The notes beneath the pieces are model-generated. The model searched no databases and was not told the origin of the DNA. It saw only the letters and a program-made list of their open reading frames with translations. From positions 6,200,001-6,264,000 of the forward strand of contig OX597842.1 of the NCBI GenBank assembly GCA_951406725.2: a DNA stretch of 64,000 nt. The letters are read 5' to 3'. The stretch is from Octopus vulgaris (lineage: Eukaryota). Shown here in pieces: positions 27,456-46,708 of this stretch; within the stretch, counting starts at the first letter, position 1; every line of letters starts with the position of its first letter. Position numbers and translations under genes: made by a program.

Positions 27456-27550
27456 TATTTCTTTACTACCCACAAAGGGATAAACACAGAGGACAAACAA
27501 GGACAGACAAACGGATTAAGTCGATTATATCGACCCCAGTGCGTAACTGG
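27456..27550 (-). mobile_element. SINE family B 3' fragment
   Basis: Reverse complement of the 53115-53211 tail. Confidence 0.85.
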
Positions 27551-27636
27551 GATATAAACAAAGCAACATCGGTTGATAAACACAATCATAAAGACATAAA
27601 TATAGATGCATTTATATATATGTATATATATGTATG

Positions 27637-28869
<1,233 letters not shown>

Positions 28870-28877
<8 letters not shown>

Positions 28878-29630
28878 CAGTTTGTCTGTCAGGTTGTACC
28901 CTCGCCCTGACCACGGCTTTCAGCCGATTCTGATGAAACTTAACATACACATAGCCCAATGTCATAATTCAAAACTAACGCAGCGAAAATTTTGAAAAGT
29001 TCCCCCAGTTCTGAAAACAATCGATAAATTCGACATGGGGTCGAGAATCTAAGCTTTTCATATACAACACATTTTCTGATGTAGTTTTCGCAACTTGCAA
29101 TCAATTTTCACCAAACTCATGGTGAAGCTTAATGTTATCCTAAGAAATTTAATTCTGACGTTAGTTTTCCATGCAATAACTTACCATCAGAAAAAATCGA
29201 TAAAATCATGCCATTTTGGGAAATCGCGTTCAAATTCAATATGACATATTTTCGACAATATCTTTAACAAATTGGCAGGAATTTTTTTAAAATTCACAGC
29301 GAGCATCATGTCAGCTCCAAGGAGCTATATGGCCCTTTTGATTCCAATAAGATACGTTATTACTGGAAAAAATCGGTTAATTACATTATATGTGGCACAC
29401 ATAGCAAACCAATTTTTCTGCGATATTTTTTGAAAGTTCACATAGATTTTCCCTACACCGATGTTGGACATCAAGTTTGCATTAAATGTCAAACTAACGA
29501 CCTTTTGTCAATGCATGTAGCACACATAGCAAATCGATTTCAATGAGTACAAAAAGGGGTAAAAAGGTAAACGGCATTGCTTATCGACAAAGTTTCTTAC
29601 ATACCCGGGCAACGCCGGGCTATGCTGCTA

Positions 29631-29631
<1 letters not shown>
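28870..29631 (+). mobile_element. Second non-autonomous Helitron family
   Basis: 5' tataaggcagtttgtc..; 3' cccgggcaacgccggg hairpin plus ctag; internal diverged about 170-bp repeats. Confidence 0.78.
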
Positions 29632-29681
<50 letters not shown>

Positions 29682-29712
29682 GAGCCCTAGTAGGCGGCGA
29701 CGAATCCCGAAT

Positions 29713-29781
<69 letters not shown>

Positions 29782-29782
29782 C

Positions 29783-29848
<66 letters not shown>

Positions 29849-29851
<3 letters not shown>

Positions 29852-30902
29852 AGAATGAATGTTTTTATATATAATGAACGTGAAATACAGGAAGGGACGA
29901 ACACGGAACACAGACAAATCATTCGAAGCCTTCAATCTTCAGTCAGACACCGAATCATCATAGCAAATTTCGGCTGTTCAATTCTGATATTTGCTCCAAC
30001 TCGGCCAGCCCCAAGAAAAAAAACTAAGCTGTAAGCATTAGATTTCTTGGTAGAAGACAGGAATGTGAACGCACAAGACGGATGTGAATACAAGAGACGA
30101 AAACGAAATTGAAAACAGTAATGAATAAACAAAATATATATAACGGTGGTTGTCATACGACTTTAGACCAAATGAGACAAAAACACAACAACAACATAGC
30201 TGGCGTAGAAATAATTACCGTTTCGGTAGCGGGGACACATGTTGGTCGAGATACGAAGGCCAACAGAATGGTTTAAGAAGCAGCAGGTCGCAGGAGAGAG
30301 AGAAAGAGAGACAGAGAGAGAGGGAATCAAAGAGGGTGGAAGGCAGGGGACAGAATCAGTGACCAAGAGAAAAGGAGAAAGAAGGGATTAAGGAGGATGG
30401 GAGGAAGAGGGGAGGAGGATGGGAGGAAGAGAGGGGAAGAATCGGAGGGCGCCAAAAAGTTTGGTGAAGAAGCAATGGCGGGTAGTAAAAGACAGTGTGT
30501 ATAGAAGTCGTGCAGGGTTTAAAATTGGACAAACAAACGGGGGGGGGGGGTGCACGTAACGCCGCAATAATATAAGAATGAATGTTTTTATATATAATGA
30601 ACGTGAAATACAGGAAGGGACGAACACGGAACACAGACAAATCATTCGAAGCCTTCAATCTTCAGTCAGACACCGAATCATCATAGCAAATTTCGGCTGT
30701 TCAATTCTGATATTTGCTCCAACTCGGCCAGCCCCAAGAAAAAAAACTAAGCTGTAAGCATTAGATTTCTTGGTAGAAGACAGGAATGTGAACGCACAAG
30801 ACGGATGTGAATACAAGAGACGAAAACGAAATTGAAAACAGTAATGAATAAACAAAATATATAGAACGGTGGTTGTCATACGACTTTAGACCAAATGAGA
30901 CA
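29849..30902. mobile_element. Non-coding element with about 330-bp direct repeats (29849-30179, 30572-30902) around a purine-rich spacer
   Basis: Nearly identical repeats, (TA)n flanks, same layout as the Penelope-like element at 43905-45165. Confidence 0.65.
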
Positions 30903-30929
30903 TATATATATATATATATATATACATAC

Positions 30930-31204
<275 letters not shown>

Positions 31205-31365
31205 CGTATTTTTGCCATTTCAATATGGCTAACTCCTAAGGGTGGATGCTACTGTAGTTTTTAGCCCCAGGAGGACACACTCCTCCAGCTGGCCATAGAC
31301 ACACTTTCTGTGTCCTGTCAGTATTTGCAAAGGAAAGTCATCCTTCCCGTCTTCAACTTATGATA

Positions 31366-31410
31366 CACACGGACTCGAGTTTCGAGGTATTGACCTCTCG
31401 TCAGCGTGTG
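31366..31410 (-). ncRNA. Canonical minimal type I hammerhead ribozyme
   Basis: (-) CACACG CUGACGA GAGGU caau ACCUC GAAA CUCGAG UC^ CGUGUG: stem I 6 bp, full core, palindromic stem III, GUC site. Confidence 0.85.
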
Positions 31411-31589
31411 ACAATCATAGTTGTCGGCGAGAATTAGATTTATTTCACAAATACTTATACTTTTTCCAGCGTCCACTGTCGCTGATATTGAAAAAGTGAA
31501 ATCAAACAATGATAAATATCAAAGTGAGTTATATACAGTAGCGGTAACACATCGTGACGTATATATATATATATACGTATGTATATGTA

Positions 31590-31958
<369 letters not shown>

Positions 31959-32005
31959 TTATGTATGTATGTATAAATGTTTGTATGCATGTATTTATGT
32001 ATTAG

Positions 32006-32037
<32 letters not shown>

Positions 32038-32129
32038 AGAAACGGGGATCGAGGTGTAAGAAGAAAGTTAGCTTCAAGCAATCCGTTGTAAAAAGAAAAA
32101 AAACTTTCAGGGACAATAGTGGTTTATTG

Positions 32130-32790
32130 AGACGGATTCAGAGTGTTTTGGTGTGAATTTGAAGACAGTGCAATATGAGGACATGTACTGAGAGTGATAA
32201 AAATCAAACATTTATTCAATATCATAATGTTTGGAGTGATCACTAGTGATGGCGACGTTATGCCTCCATTCATGTTCCCACACAACCTCTGACTCAACAC
32301 GGAAGCCTGCATCAAGTGCCTGGAGATAGTAGTGCTGTCCTGGGTCAAGAGTGTGGCAATAGGACTCTGAACCATGCCACAAAAGCAGGAGAACCCACTC
32401 ATGGCTGTCAGACAATTTCTGCGACCACGTAACCCCTAACATCTGGCCACCTAACTCTCCAGACTGCAACGCCCTTGATTATTATGTGTAGGGCACAGTT
32501 GAGTGAGAGACCAACAAATCTACTTGTAACACCAAAGATGAACTGAAGGCAAGGATTATAGCAGTCTTTACCTACTTATATGAAGAGACCGTTCAGAAGA
32601 GTTGCAGGAGATTCCGAAGTCATCAGGAGTCTGTGGTCGAAGCCAATGGCGATTTTATTGAACAAATTTACTCTTTAGTATTTCAAAATATTTTTCTGTA
32701 ATTTTGATAAATGCATCTGTTAAAATGAGATGTTAGTGTTATTTTCATTTTTGTGTAATTTTGACAATTTATTCATCGCATCCTATATAT
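32130..32790 (+). mobile_element. Tc1/mariner (maT/DD37D-like) transposase 3' remnant
   Basis: MFGVITSDGDVMPPF..WPPNSPDCNALDYYV*G..VVEANGDFIE. Confidence 0.8.
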
Positions 32791-33129
32791 GGGAGAAATA
32801 AAGATAAACACAAGTTTATATTATCGTGTTTACGTGCGTCTATATCATCGTGTTTACTATGGTTGCTTGGAGCCTTACTACAGATGTTTCAAATGCATTT
32901 AGATGCTCAACCACAAAGATCATCGGGGAACACTTTATTGTAATGGTTCTTAACCGAGATCCATTATGACTCTTGGGAGTTCAGAGAAAAGATTTTGTTA
33001 AAATTTATTTGCAATAAATGGATTATTAATTCTACAATACATAAAATACTTGAACAATATTTTTATACAGTTTTTATATAGGCATAGGAGTGGCTGTGTG
33101 GTAAGTAGCTTGCTTACGAACCACATGGA

Positions 33130-33630
33130 TTTAGTAAACGGAAACAGATTTGACAACACCTCCATTTAGAACACAATTTAAGCTATCTTTTCGTGGAAGA
33201 AAGTTTGTTCCTATAACCTGTGTTAATTCTGTAACCCTTTAAAATGGAAGATAAGAAAGTTCATTTTCGGCACTTGATGCTTTGAGAACCAGACAAAAAT
33301 TACTGCAGCTCGGTTGGGATGTGTTACCCCACCCTCAATATTCACCAGATATTGCTCCTTCGGATTTCCAATTATTCAGGTCTCTGCAGAATATTCTTAA
33401 TGGTAAATATTTCAATTTCTTGGATGACGTAAAAAGATACGTTGATGAATTCTTTGTCTTGAAACCACCTCAATTCTGGGAAGAGGGTATTTTTAAGTTA
33501 AAGGAAAGATGGAGACGCATTATGCAACAAAATGGTTCATATTTGGTTGATTAAAAATGTAATGGCAAGTATGTATTGACCTTTATCTTTCCTTTAAAAA
33601 TCGGCACAAACTTTGCGGACAATTCAATAC
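33130..33630 (+). mobile_element. Internally deleted mariner
   Basis: MEDKKVHFRHLML fused to LGWDVLPHPQYSPDIAPSDFQLFRSL; TIR-like aactttgcggacaattcaata. Confidence 0.85.
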
Positions 33631-33736
33631 ATGGTCGTAAATACACACCAACACCGGTTGTTAAGCAATGATTGGAGGCCAACACAAAAGCACACATACA
33701 TACATACATACATACATACATACATACATACATACA

Positions 33737-33767
<31 letters not shown>

Positions 33768-33969
33768 TTCAGTTTCCGTCTACCAACTCCACTCGCATTT
33801 GTGCAATATTGATGGAATATTTTCCACTAAATATATATAACAAGGTAAAGGATTTTATTTTTCATTTACTTCGAAATTTGCTATAAAATTGTGGCTTTTG
33901 GCCCTGTTGGCTGCTATTTCTAGCAATTAAAAATTACCTGTTAAAGGGTAATTTTCTATTTTGAAATAC

Positions 33970-34006
<37 letters not shown>

Positions 34007-34013
<7 letters not shown>

Positions 34014-34649
34014 GTTCATGCAGGCATAGCGTGGATTCGATCCTCGATCGCCAAATTACACTTAACAGTTCAACAGCACTTTTCTCACAATAGTTTTTCT
34101 GTGAGTTACAGCAGTTACATTTGCCAGATGCCTTCGCTAAGCAGAATAATGTCTTTGCCACTTGATCCTTCTAACTTCTTCTATGCCACCAAAAGCTAGA
34201 ATAGAGATAACAGACAGCCAACGAAATATGTTGTTCTTAACAATATGCCCATCTTTCTAACTAGTTTTGGATAGTTATAAATACTAGAATTTGGCAAGGC
34301 AAAATTATTTAGTGAACGGAAAACTAGAGTCATAGCCATAAGCTGGCAGCCACTAAAGACAAACGGCCAGAGGGAGAAAGAAGGTTACAAGCAGCCAACT
34401 ATGAGACACAACTTCCCTCCACTCTATAACTTTCACTAAATCACTTTCTTTTCTCTGTAACATTGCCATATCTCTCTACATACACTACTATGAGATCGTG
34501 TACACACCCTGGCCGAAATTAACTTTCTTTACCTTGCATGCTTTACGAACCGTATTATACTATTACGTATTGATTACATTGGTGACCCCCGAGTTAAAGA
34601 ATTGCAGCCTTTGCCTTCGCATGAACAGTTGTCACAGCCATCGATTACA
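34007..34649 (+). mobile_element. 5' LTR of an LTR retrotransposon followed by tRNA-Trp-type PBS
   Basis: Homologous to solo LTR 51388-52059; tataaa box; ends attaca; TGGTGACCCCG at 34651. Confidence 0.75.
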
Positions 34650-35122
34650 CTGGTGACCCCGTCTAAATACAATTGTTACTTTCTAATGCACCATGCCGCT
34701 GCATTTTGCTGATCCTGGAGCTAAAGAATGACAACCATCGTCACCACCAAGATGCGCCCTCGTTCGACCTGCTACAGAAAGCTCTATACTGTGATCCACA
34801 CTGCGATACACTTCACAACAAAGCAACACTGCCGACGCACAAAGATTTCGGTGATCATTGAAGCCAATAAATGCATCATTTCGACAGCTACATCACCAGA
34901 AACCAACAGGGAAAAAAATACGCGAGCCCGCACATGCAACCTTTTCGGCATTCACGCTTTTCGTATTGTCCCGTCGCACAGACCCTGCATTGTCTATGAA
35001 CTTTTGCATGAATATAAGACTCTCATATAGACTCTCAATAACTCTTTTTCTTTGCATGCATTTTTTTTTCACTTTCAGCTCTATTTTCAGCTAAGTTTGT
35101 AATTTCTGCTTATTTTATTCTG

Positions 35123-35420
35123 GGATCTTTTCGGTTTGAACGGCAGTTTTTAACATTTCTAGGTAACTAAAAAATGTTAAACTTCGTATACTGGTAGAAT
35201 GTGTTTATAAAACATCTTTTTCTCTTGGCTTTATTGAGAAAATTCTATAGTTTGTTAGATATTTGTTGTTTTTTTCTTCAATTTCCGCAATTTCAACCAA
35301 TCACTGACGTCTATTGAGGTAAAAAAAACACTCTGTCACGTATGAATATGTCCCCCGTTTAAGAAGCAGATTGGGTTTATTTACATTTGTGAAGAAAAAA
35401 AGATACCCTTCCTCCCACCA
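35123..35420. mobile_element. Partial MITE (ggatcttttcggtttgaacggca family)
   Basis: Reverse complement of 56185-56478. Confidence 0.8.
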
Positions 35421-35886
35421 TTCCTATGACGGACGACATTCCTGTCGCTAACCTTCACCAGTTTCCAAGTAACGCAATATTTCCCCACGGCCTGACATGT
35501 TTACACGGAAGATTGTAAAATAATCAATTTGTGTTACAGCTGTCATGCGAATTCAAAGAAACGGTGCATTAACACACGGACATAAAATGCTCAAACACAC
35601 ACACAACATACGTAGGACATTCTTCTTTCTGTTTCCGTTTACTAAATCCATCAAAATTGAAGCTTTAATGTCGATCATCTAACCAACTTTCCCTTTTATT
35701 CTTTTTCTCAACAAAGTTTGCCGTCTGCAATTTTGAATTGGATTTGTGCAGTCGGTCTTCTGACTCCTTAAAATAGTTTCATAAAGTAATTATTTCGATT
35801 GACGATTTAAGGATGTGAAGATATTTAAAATACTAAGACTATTTTATTCGGTGCTTTGTCTTTCAAATCGGCTTCTGTTGCTTTGT

Positions 35887-40759
<4,873 letters not shown>

Positions 40760-40760
<1 letters not shown>

Positions 40761-42105
40761 ACTTGATAAGTGATACCCAACATGGTTTTCGACCAGGTAG
40801 GAGCTGCCTGACCCAACTCTTACAACATTATGACTGGGTGTTGAGGCAGTTACTCAACAAATCAAATGTGGATGTAATATACCTTGTTTTTGCAAACGCT
40901 TTTGACAAGGTGGATCATGGTATGCTATGCCACAAACTGCGTGACCTCGGCATAGCTGGAAAACTTGGAGTATGGTTACATGACTTCCTGAAAGATAGGA
41001 GTCAGGCAGTGGTAGCTAATGGAGCCATCTCTATGAACACACAAATAGTGAGTGGTGTTCCACAGGGCACTGTCTTGGGACCACTGCTTTTTATAGTGGC
41101 CATCTTAGATATGCCCTCGAATGCCCGGATAGCCACTCTGGCAAGCTATGTAGATGATACGAAAGTCTCACAGAAAATACAGAACCCCAGCAATGTTGCA
41201 CGCACACCTGCAGCAGGAATTGGACTCAATTTACAGATGAGCCGAGGATAATTCTATGCAGTTTAATGCTGAAAAATTCCAGGCCCTACGCTACCAGCTT
41301 CCAAAACTGAATATTAAACCTACAGGGTACACCGGTCCACAGGGAATTTCAATCCCAGAGCCTAAGTCAGTGTGGGACCTGGGTATCGACATGAGTGATG
41401 ATACCTCTTTCCAAGTGCACATTACCAGGATGGCGGCAAAGTGCAGACGACTGGCTGGATGGATCCTAAGAACATTCAGAACCAGAGATAAAGAAACCAT
41501 GATGGTCCTCTGGCGGACATTCGTCTTCAGCCGCCTGGATTACTGCTCACTGCTATGGTCACCCACCAGTGTGAGATTAACATCGGACCTTGAAGCAATT
41601 CAGAGAAGATTCACAAAGAAATCGTCTCTTTGCAACAGCTCAGCTACTGGGAAAGGTTGAAACAGCTAAGACTCTACTCCCTGGAGAGAAAACGGGAGAG
41701 GTATGCAGTAATATATATCTAGAAGATCCTGGAAGGAATTGTGCCAAATTTTGGCACAATGAACGGGACGACACTGCATAGTGCCAAAGATCCCAGCAAT
41801 GCCATCACGCTTCAGGACCAGCTACTGCAACAGCCTAGGTTTGAAGGGCCCACAGCTTTTTAATATTCTCCCAAAGAGTCTGAGGAACTTGCACAAAGTA
41901 GATATAGGTGTTTTTAAATCAAAGCTGGACCTCTTCCCGTCGAGAGTCTCAGATGAGCCTACTTCACGGCAAGAGGTGCAAACGAGGGTAGCTATATCAA
42001 ACTCCATTCTTCATCAAGCGCCACATACTAGAGGAGGCTCCTAGTAATAACAGTGTAGCGCAAAACAGCGGTGCATCACAGCATGGCCGCAGTTCTGAGC
42101 TGAAA
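40760..42105 (+). mobile_element. CR1-group LINE 3' half (RT and 3' UTR), 5' truncated
   Basis: QHGFRPGRSC, AFDKVDH, SGVPQGTVLGP, YVDDTK, RLDYCS.LWSP; 3' end gcggtgcatcacagcatggccgcagttctgagctgaaac. Confidence 0.92.
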
Positions 42106-42115
42106 CCCCCCAAAA

Positions 42116-42211
<96 letters not shown>

Positions 42212-42252
42212 GTGTATATATATATATTATATATATATATATATATATACAC

Positions 42253-42312
<60 letters not shown>

Positions 42313-42514
42313 GTGTGTATATATATATGTATATATATATATACATATCTGTATATATATATATACATATGTATATATACACATATTTATATATACATAC
42401 ATATGTATATATATATATATATATGTATATATATGTATATATATATATGTACATATATATATACATATATATATATATACACATATATATATGTATATAT
42501 ATACATATATATTC

Positions 42515-42648
<134 letters not shown>

Positions 42649-42714
42649 GTTTATATATTTGTTGTGCAAGAATTTTTATGTGAAGTCGTGTGTTGAAACA
42701 TATATTGTTATATT

Positions 42715-43800
42715 TCGGAATGGCCCTATCCTACAGTGCACCGTAGCTGTTTCTTTGGCATACCTGTAGAAAGCTCTGGGGTTAGATTTTATGTTGTCTA
42801 TAGCCCAGGCTTCTTTGTCTGCTCTTTCTTTTTCATGGGAGAGTTGCAGACATTTTTCAATTTCCAGCAGTTTCATTTTCAGGCGGGACTCTTCACTGCT
42901 TTCAATTTGTTTGTTTAGGCGATTTGAAACTTTTGTACGCCGTCTCATTAGAATTTTCCTCTCTCCGGGGATTTTGTTGTGTACAGTGGCCTTTCTCTCT
43001 GGGACACATTTGTAGCATATGGCTTGCATTACAGACATGAATTGTTGAAGTTTCATGTCGATGTCTGGTGAGGAGAGACATTTAGGCCAGTTTTGTTTGA
43101 GGATCTCTTTTTCAATTTGTTTCCAGTTTGCCTTATGGAAGTTCAAGCTGGAAAGAATCTGAGAGTTTCTTGTAGGCTGCATGTCCATGCTTTCCTTTGG
43201 CCCGTACATGGTCAGCTCTACCATGTTGTGATCCGAGAGTAGTGTCGGTGTCACTTTCACATTATGGATGAGATCCATATTATTTGTGAAGCAGAGATCC
43301 AGTATGTTACCTACCCTGGTTGGTTGGAGTATTATTTGCTCCATGTACAGAGTGTTGATGAGGTTCAGGAGGGACCTCGCCTGTCCTCGTTCGCATCGTG
43401 TCATTCCTGGGAGAGAAAGGCCCTCGGGCCATCTGACATTGGGCAGATTGAAGTCTCCCATAAGAAGTACACTTATGTGTTGTTCTAATGTGACTAGAAC
43501 TTTTTCTAATTTTGTAAGGCAGTCTTCAAACTTGCCCACATGGCTTGGGGCATCTGGAGGGCGATATGTAGCACATATAACTGCACCGAGTTGCCTTATA
43601 TGTACAATTAGTGTGTCACACACCGAATGTGAGTATGACAAAAGGACCTGGGGTGTGAGGTCCTCGCGGATGTACATAGCAACTCCACCATGACTCCTTT
43701 CTTTTCTATCGGTCTGTAATACAACATACTGTGGTATGTGTATTTCCGCATATCCGGTTTCAGGTGTGTTTCCGTAAGTGCTATGCATAAGGCTTGATTG
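42715..43800 (-). mobile_element. CR1-group LINE endonuclease fragment
   Basis: HGGVAMY, YRPP, MGDFNLP, PTRVGNILDLCFTNN, SDHN; paralogue of 17977-19035. Confidence 0.9.
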
Positions 43801-43802
43801 CA

Positions 43803-43869
<67 letters not shown>

Positions 43870-43870
43870 C

Positions 43871-43904
<34 letters not shown>

Positions 43905-45165
43905 CGAAGGGTGTATAAACAACAAACAGATGTATTAGTTTAACGCTAGGGAAGTGAGAAAGTCTTCTACGTTTCGCGCCTACACTCTTCAACATAAAGG
44001 AACACAGAAATAAGTAGAAAGAGAAAATAGAAAAAAGGTTTTGTGGCTAGCGATCTATCATGGCGAATGCTGGATAGAAGTGTCACACAGGAGAGCTAGG
44101 AAGAAAGGCAGATAATAAAGTAGTGATCCCAAAAGAAAGGTGCGCGTGCGTGTGTATGTGAGAGCGTGTATATGCGTGTGGAAGGGGCTGGTGACATTGA
44201 CGTGTGTATGAGTGCATGTGTAGGTGTGTGGATGATGGTGTAGGTGCTGGGAAGTGGTCAGTGCTAGTGTGTGCGGGGTGGTGTGTGATGTGATGTGGTG
44301 GTGTTGTGTGGTGGTGTGTTTTGTGGTATGGTGTTGTGGTGTTGGGGTGTAGGGGAGGCGAAAGTGGGGGAAGCAAGGGTGGGGGTCTAAGGGAAAAGGG
44401 ATGGGGTGGGTGGAATGGAATGTATAGGGATGGTTGGAATGTGTAGGGTGGAGTAACGAGGGAGGGGTGACGATGAAGGGAGAGGGCGGGAGAAGGCGGG
44501 TAGGAATGAAGAGAGGAAGTAGGTGCCAAAGCAAGAGAGGAGAGATGGGTGGGAGGAAGTAGGTGTGAGAGGAAGAGAGGAGAGAGGAGGAGAGTTGAGC
44601 CCATGTGGCGCAAAGGATCGAAGAGAGAAGATTAATCCCTACTCACGGCGAAGACGGGAGTCCGGATGAGCTCTGTGCAAGGGCAATCTGAACACAGACA
44701 GATGTTGTAAAGAGTGACCGGTAGAGCGGATTAGCGCGAGACCGGGGTATCGTAGCCGACTCTGATATTTCGGAGTTGTTCCGCGAACCGGTCAGCCAAG
44801 CGGCGTCCCGTTTGACTGATGCATAGAGAAAGACAACGAGAGTAGGAGATGCAGTAGATGACGTTGCAAGAAGTGCAGGTGAAGGAGTCAATGATATGAT
44901 AGGGTCGATAATGGGTGCCTGTGAGGAGGCTAGTGTTAGGGATATATATATATATATATATATATAGGGAGAGTTTACGAAAAAGCAAAAGACGAAGACA
45001 GGTGGTGTACGAAACAAACAGATGTATAGGTATAACGCTCAGGAATAGAAAAAGTCTTTTACGTTTCGAGCCTACGCTCTTCTACAGAAAGGGACACAGG
45101 AAAAGCTAGGAGAGAAACAAGGAGACAAAAAAATGTGTGTAGTGGCTAACGATCTATCATGGCGA
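43905..45165 (-). mobile_element. Penelope-like element: pLTR, GIY-YIG remnant, spacer, pLTR
   Basis: Direct repeats 43905-44085 and 44966-45165, each with a hammerhead-like motif; FTCTSCNVIYCISYSRC..SQTGRRLADRFAEQLRNI and FAPHGLN at 44590-44935. Confidence 0.85.
45056..45091 (-). ncRNA. Hammerhead-like motif with variant core CUGUAGA
   Basis: CUUU CUGUAGA A GAGC guag GCUC GAAA CG UA AAAG; relatives at 43964-43999 and 61137-61172. Confidence 0.55.
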
Positions 45166-45175
45166 CCTATCATAC

Positions 45176-45261
<86 letters not shown>

Positions 45262-45875
45262 GTGAGTGAATATTCAAATGAATACTCGTAAAGATGTTAT
45301 TATTATTATTATCATCATCAGCAGCAGCAGCAGCGGCGTTGGCGGCAAATCTGAAGAATTGATGACAATAACGGCAATAACTTTAGTGGTGTGAGACTAT
45401 TCAAGACGTAACGGATTAGAATGAGGTGAAACAGAAACCTCCTTTGAACAATTCCAGGGAGGTTTCGCTGTTGCACAACCCAAACCACTCTCCCTTTTCT
45501 CTCTCACATCTATTAATGTGTTGCGTAGCTGATATCCTCACTGTTTGAGAGACACTGCCTGGCACGTTGGGCAACTGTCCTCTACTATAGGCTCGAGCCG
45601 ACCAAAGCCTTGTGAGTGGATTTAGTAGACGGAAACTAAAAGAAGCCCGTCGTATATATGTATATATATAACTATGATAATTATATATAACTATCAAAAA
45701 GTATTTGATAGTTATATATAATTATAATTAAAAAAATATATAAAAATAAATTAATAATTTTAAATTTAAATTTTATATTTTATATATTTTGTAAATTACA
45801 TTAATTATTTTTATTTTTATGTTTTAGCTTATGTTTTTCACTGTTTGATTTGCCTAATAGTGGTTTTATATCTAA

Positions 45876-46259
45876 CTAGCAGTATCGCCCGGCGTTGCTC
45901 AGGTTTGTAAGGGAAATAACTATAAAGCATTTTTAGAGAGTTATAGCCAAAAAATAGCAAAAAAATGGAAAAAAAATTATGGTAAATTTTTTTTGAGAGT
46001 TAAAAAAGGTCGAGTTGCGTCCCTTAGACAGTCTGTGGTTGGTGTTTCTGATTCTCGACCCATGTCGAATTTATCGATTTTTTTCAGAACTGGGGGAACT
46101 TTTCAAAATTTTCGCTGCGTTAGTTTTGAATTATGACATTGGGCTATGTGTGTGTCAAGTTTCATCAGAATCGGTTGAAAGCCGTGGTCAGGGTGAGGGT
46201 ACAACCAAACAGACACACAGAAACACACAGAGACAAACTGCCGTTTATACAGAGAGAGA
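45876..46259 (-). mobile_element. Non-autonomous Helitron with exact A|TC...CTAG|T ends
   Basis: 5' part matches 28870-29050, 3' part matches 50700-50780. Confidence 0.85.
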
Positions 46260-46280
46260 TTTAATTTATATATATATATA

Positions 46281-46631
46281 ACAATTGCAGCGTGGAAGGT
46301 GTTTATAAGCCATTTAAGAAACACACAAAAGCCGTTCGATTCACTTCAACATTTAAGTTTAATTTGTCAAAATATTTTCGTCGCTAAAATCCGCGACCTG
46401 TTCACCTGACAAAAATCCGTGCTGCATCGGATGCAGCACGGATTTTTGTCAGTGAACAGGTCGCGGAGTTTAGCGACGAAAATATTTTGACACCTTAAAC
46501 TTAAATGTTGAAGTGAATCGAACGGCTTTTGTGTGTTTCTTAAATGGCTTATAAACACCTTCCACGCTGCAATTGTTTTCGTTTCAGCACACGATCTCAG
46601 ATCAAATTACTTGCTATGCGAGTACATCTCC
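46281..46631. mobile_element. Palindromic fold-back element (about 150-bp arms, 1-nt loop at 46429)
   Basis: ..ccgtgctgcatc g gatgcagcacgg..; arms 46281-46428 and 46430-46577. Confidence 0.88.
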
Positions 46632-46708
46632 TATATATATATATATATATATATATAAGAAATACTAAATTTCTAAATCTCTCGTAGAGACATGTACGGT
46701 GGTGGGGC

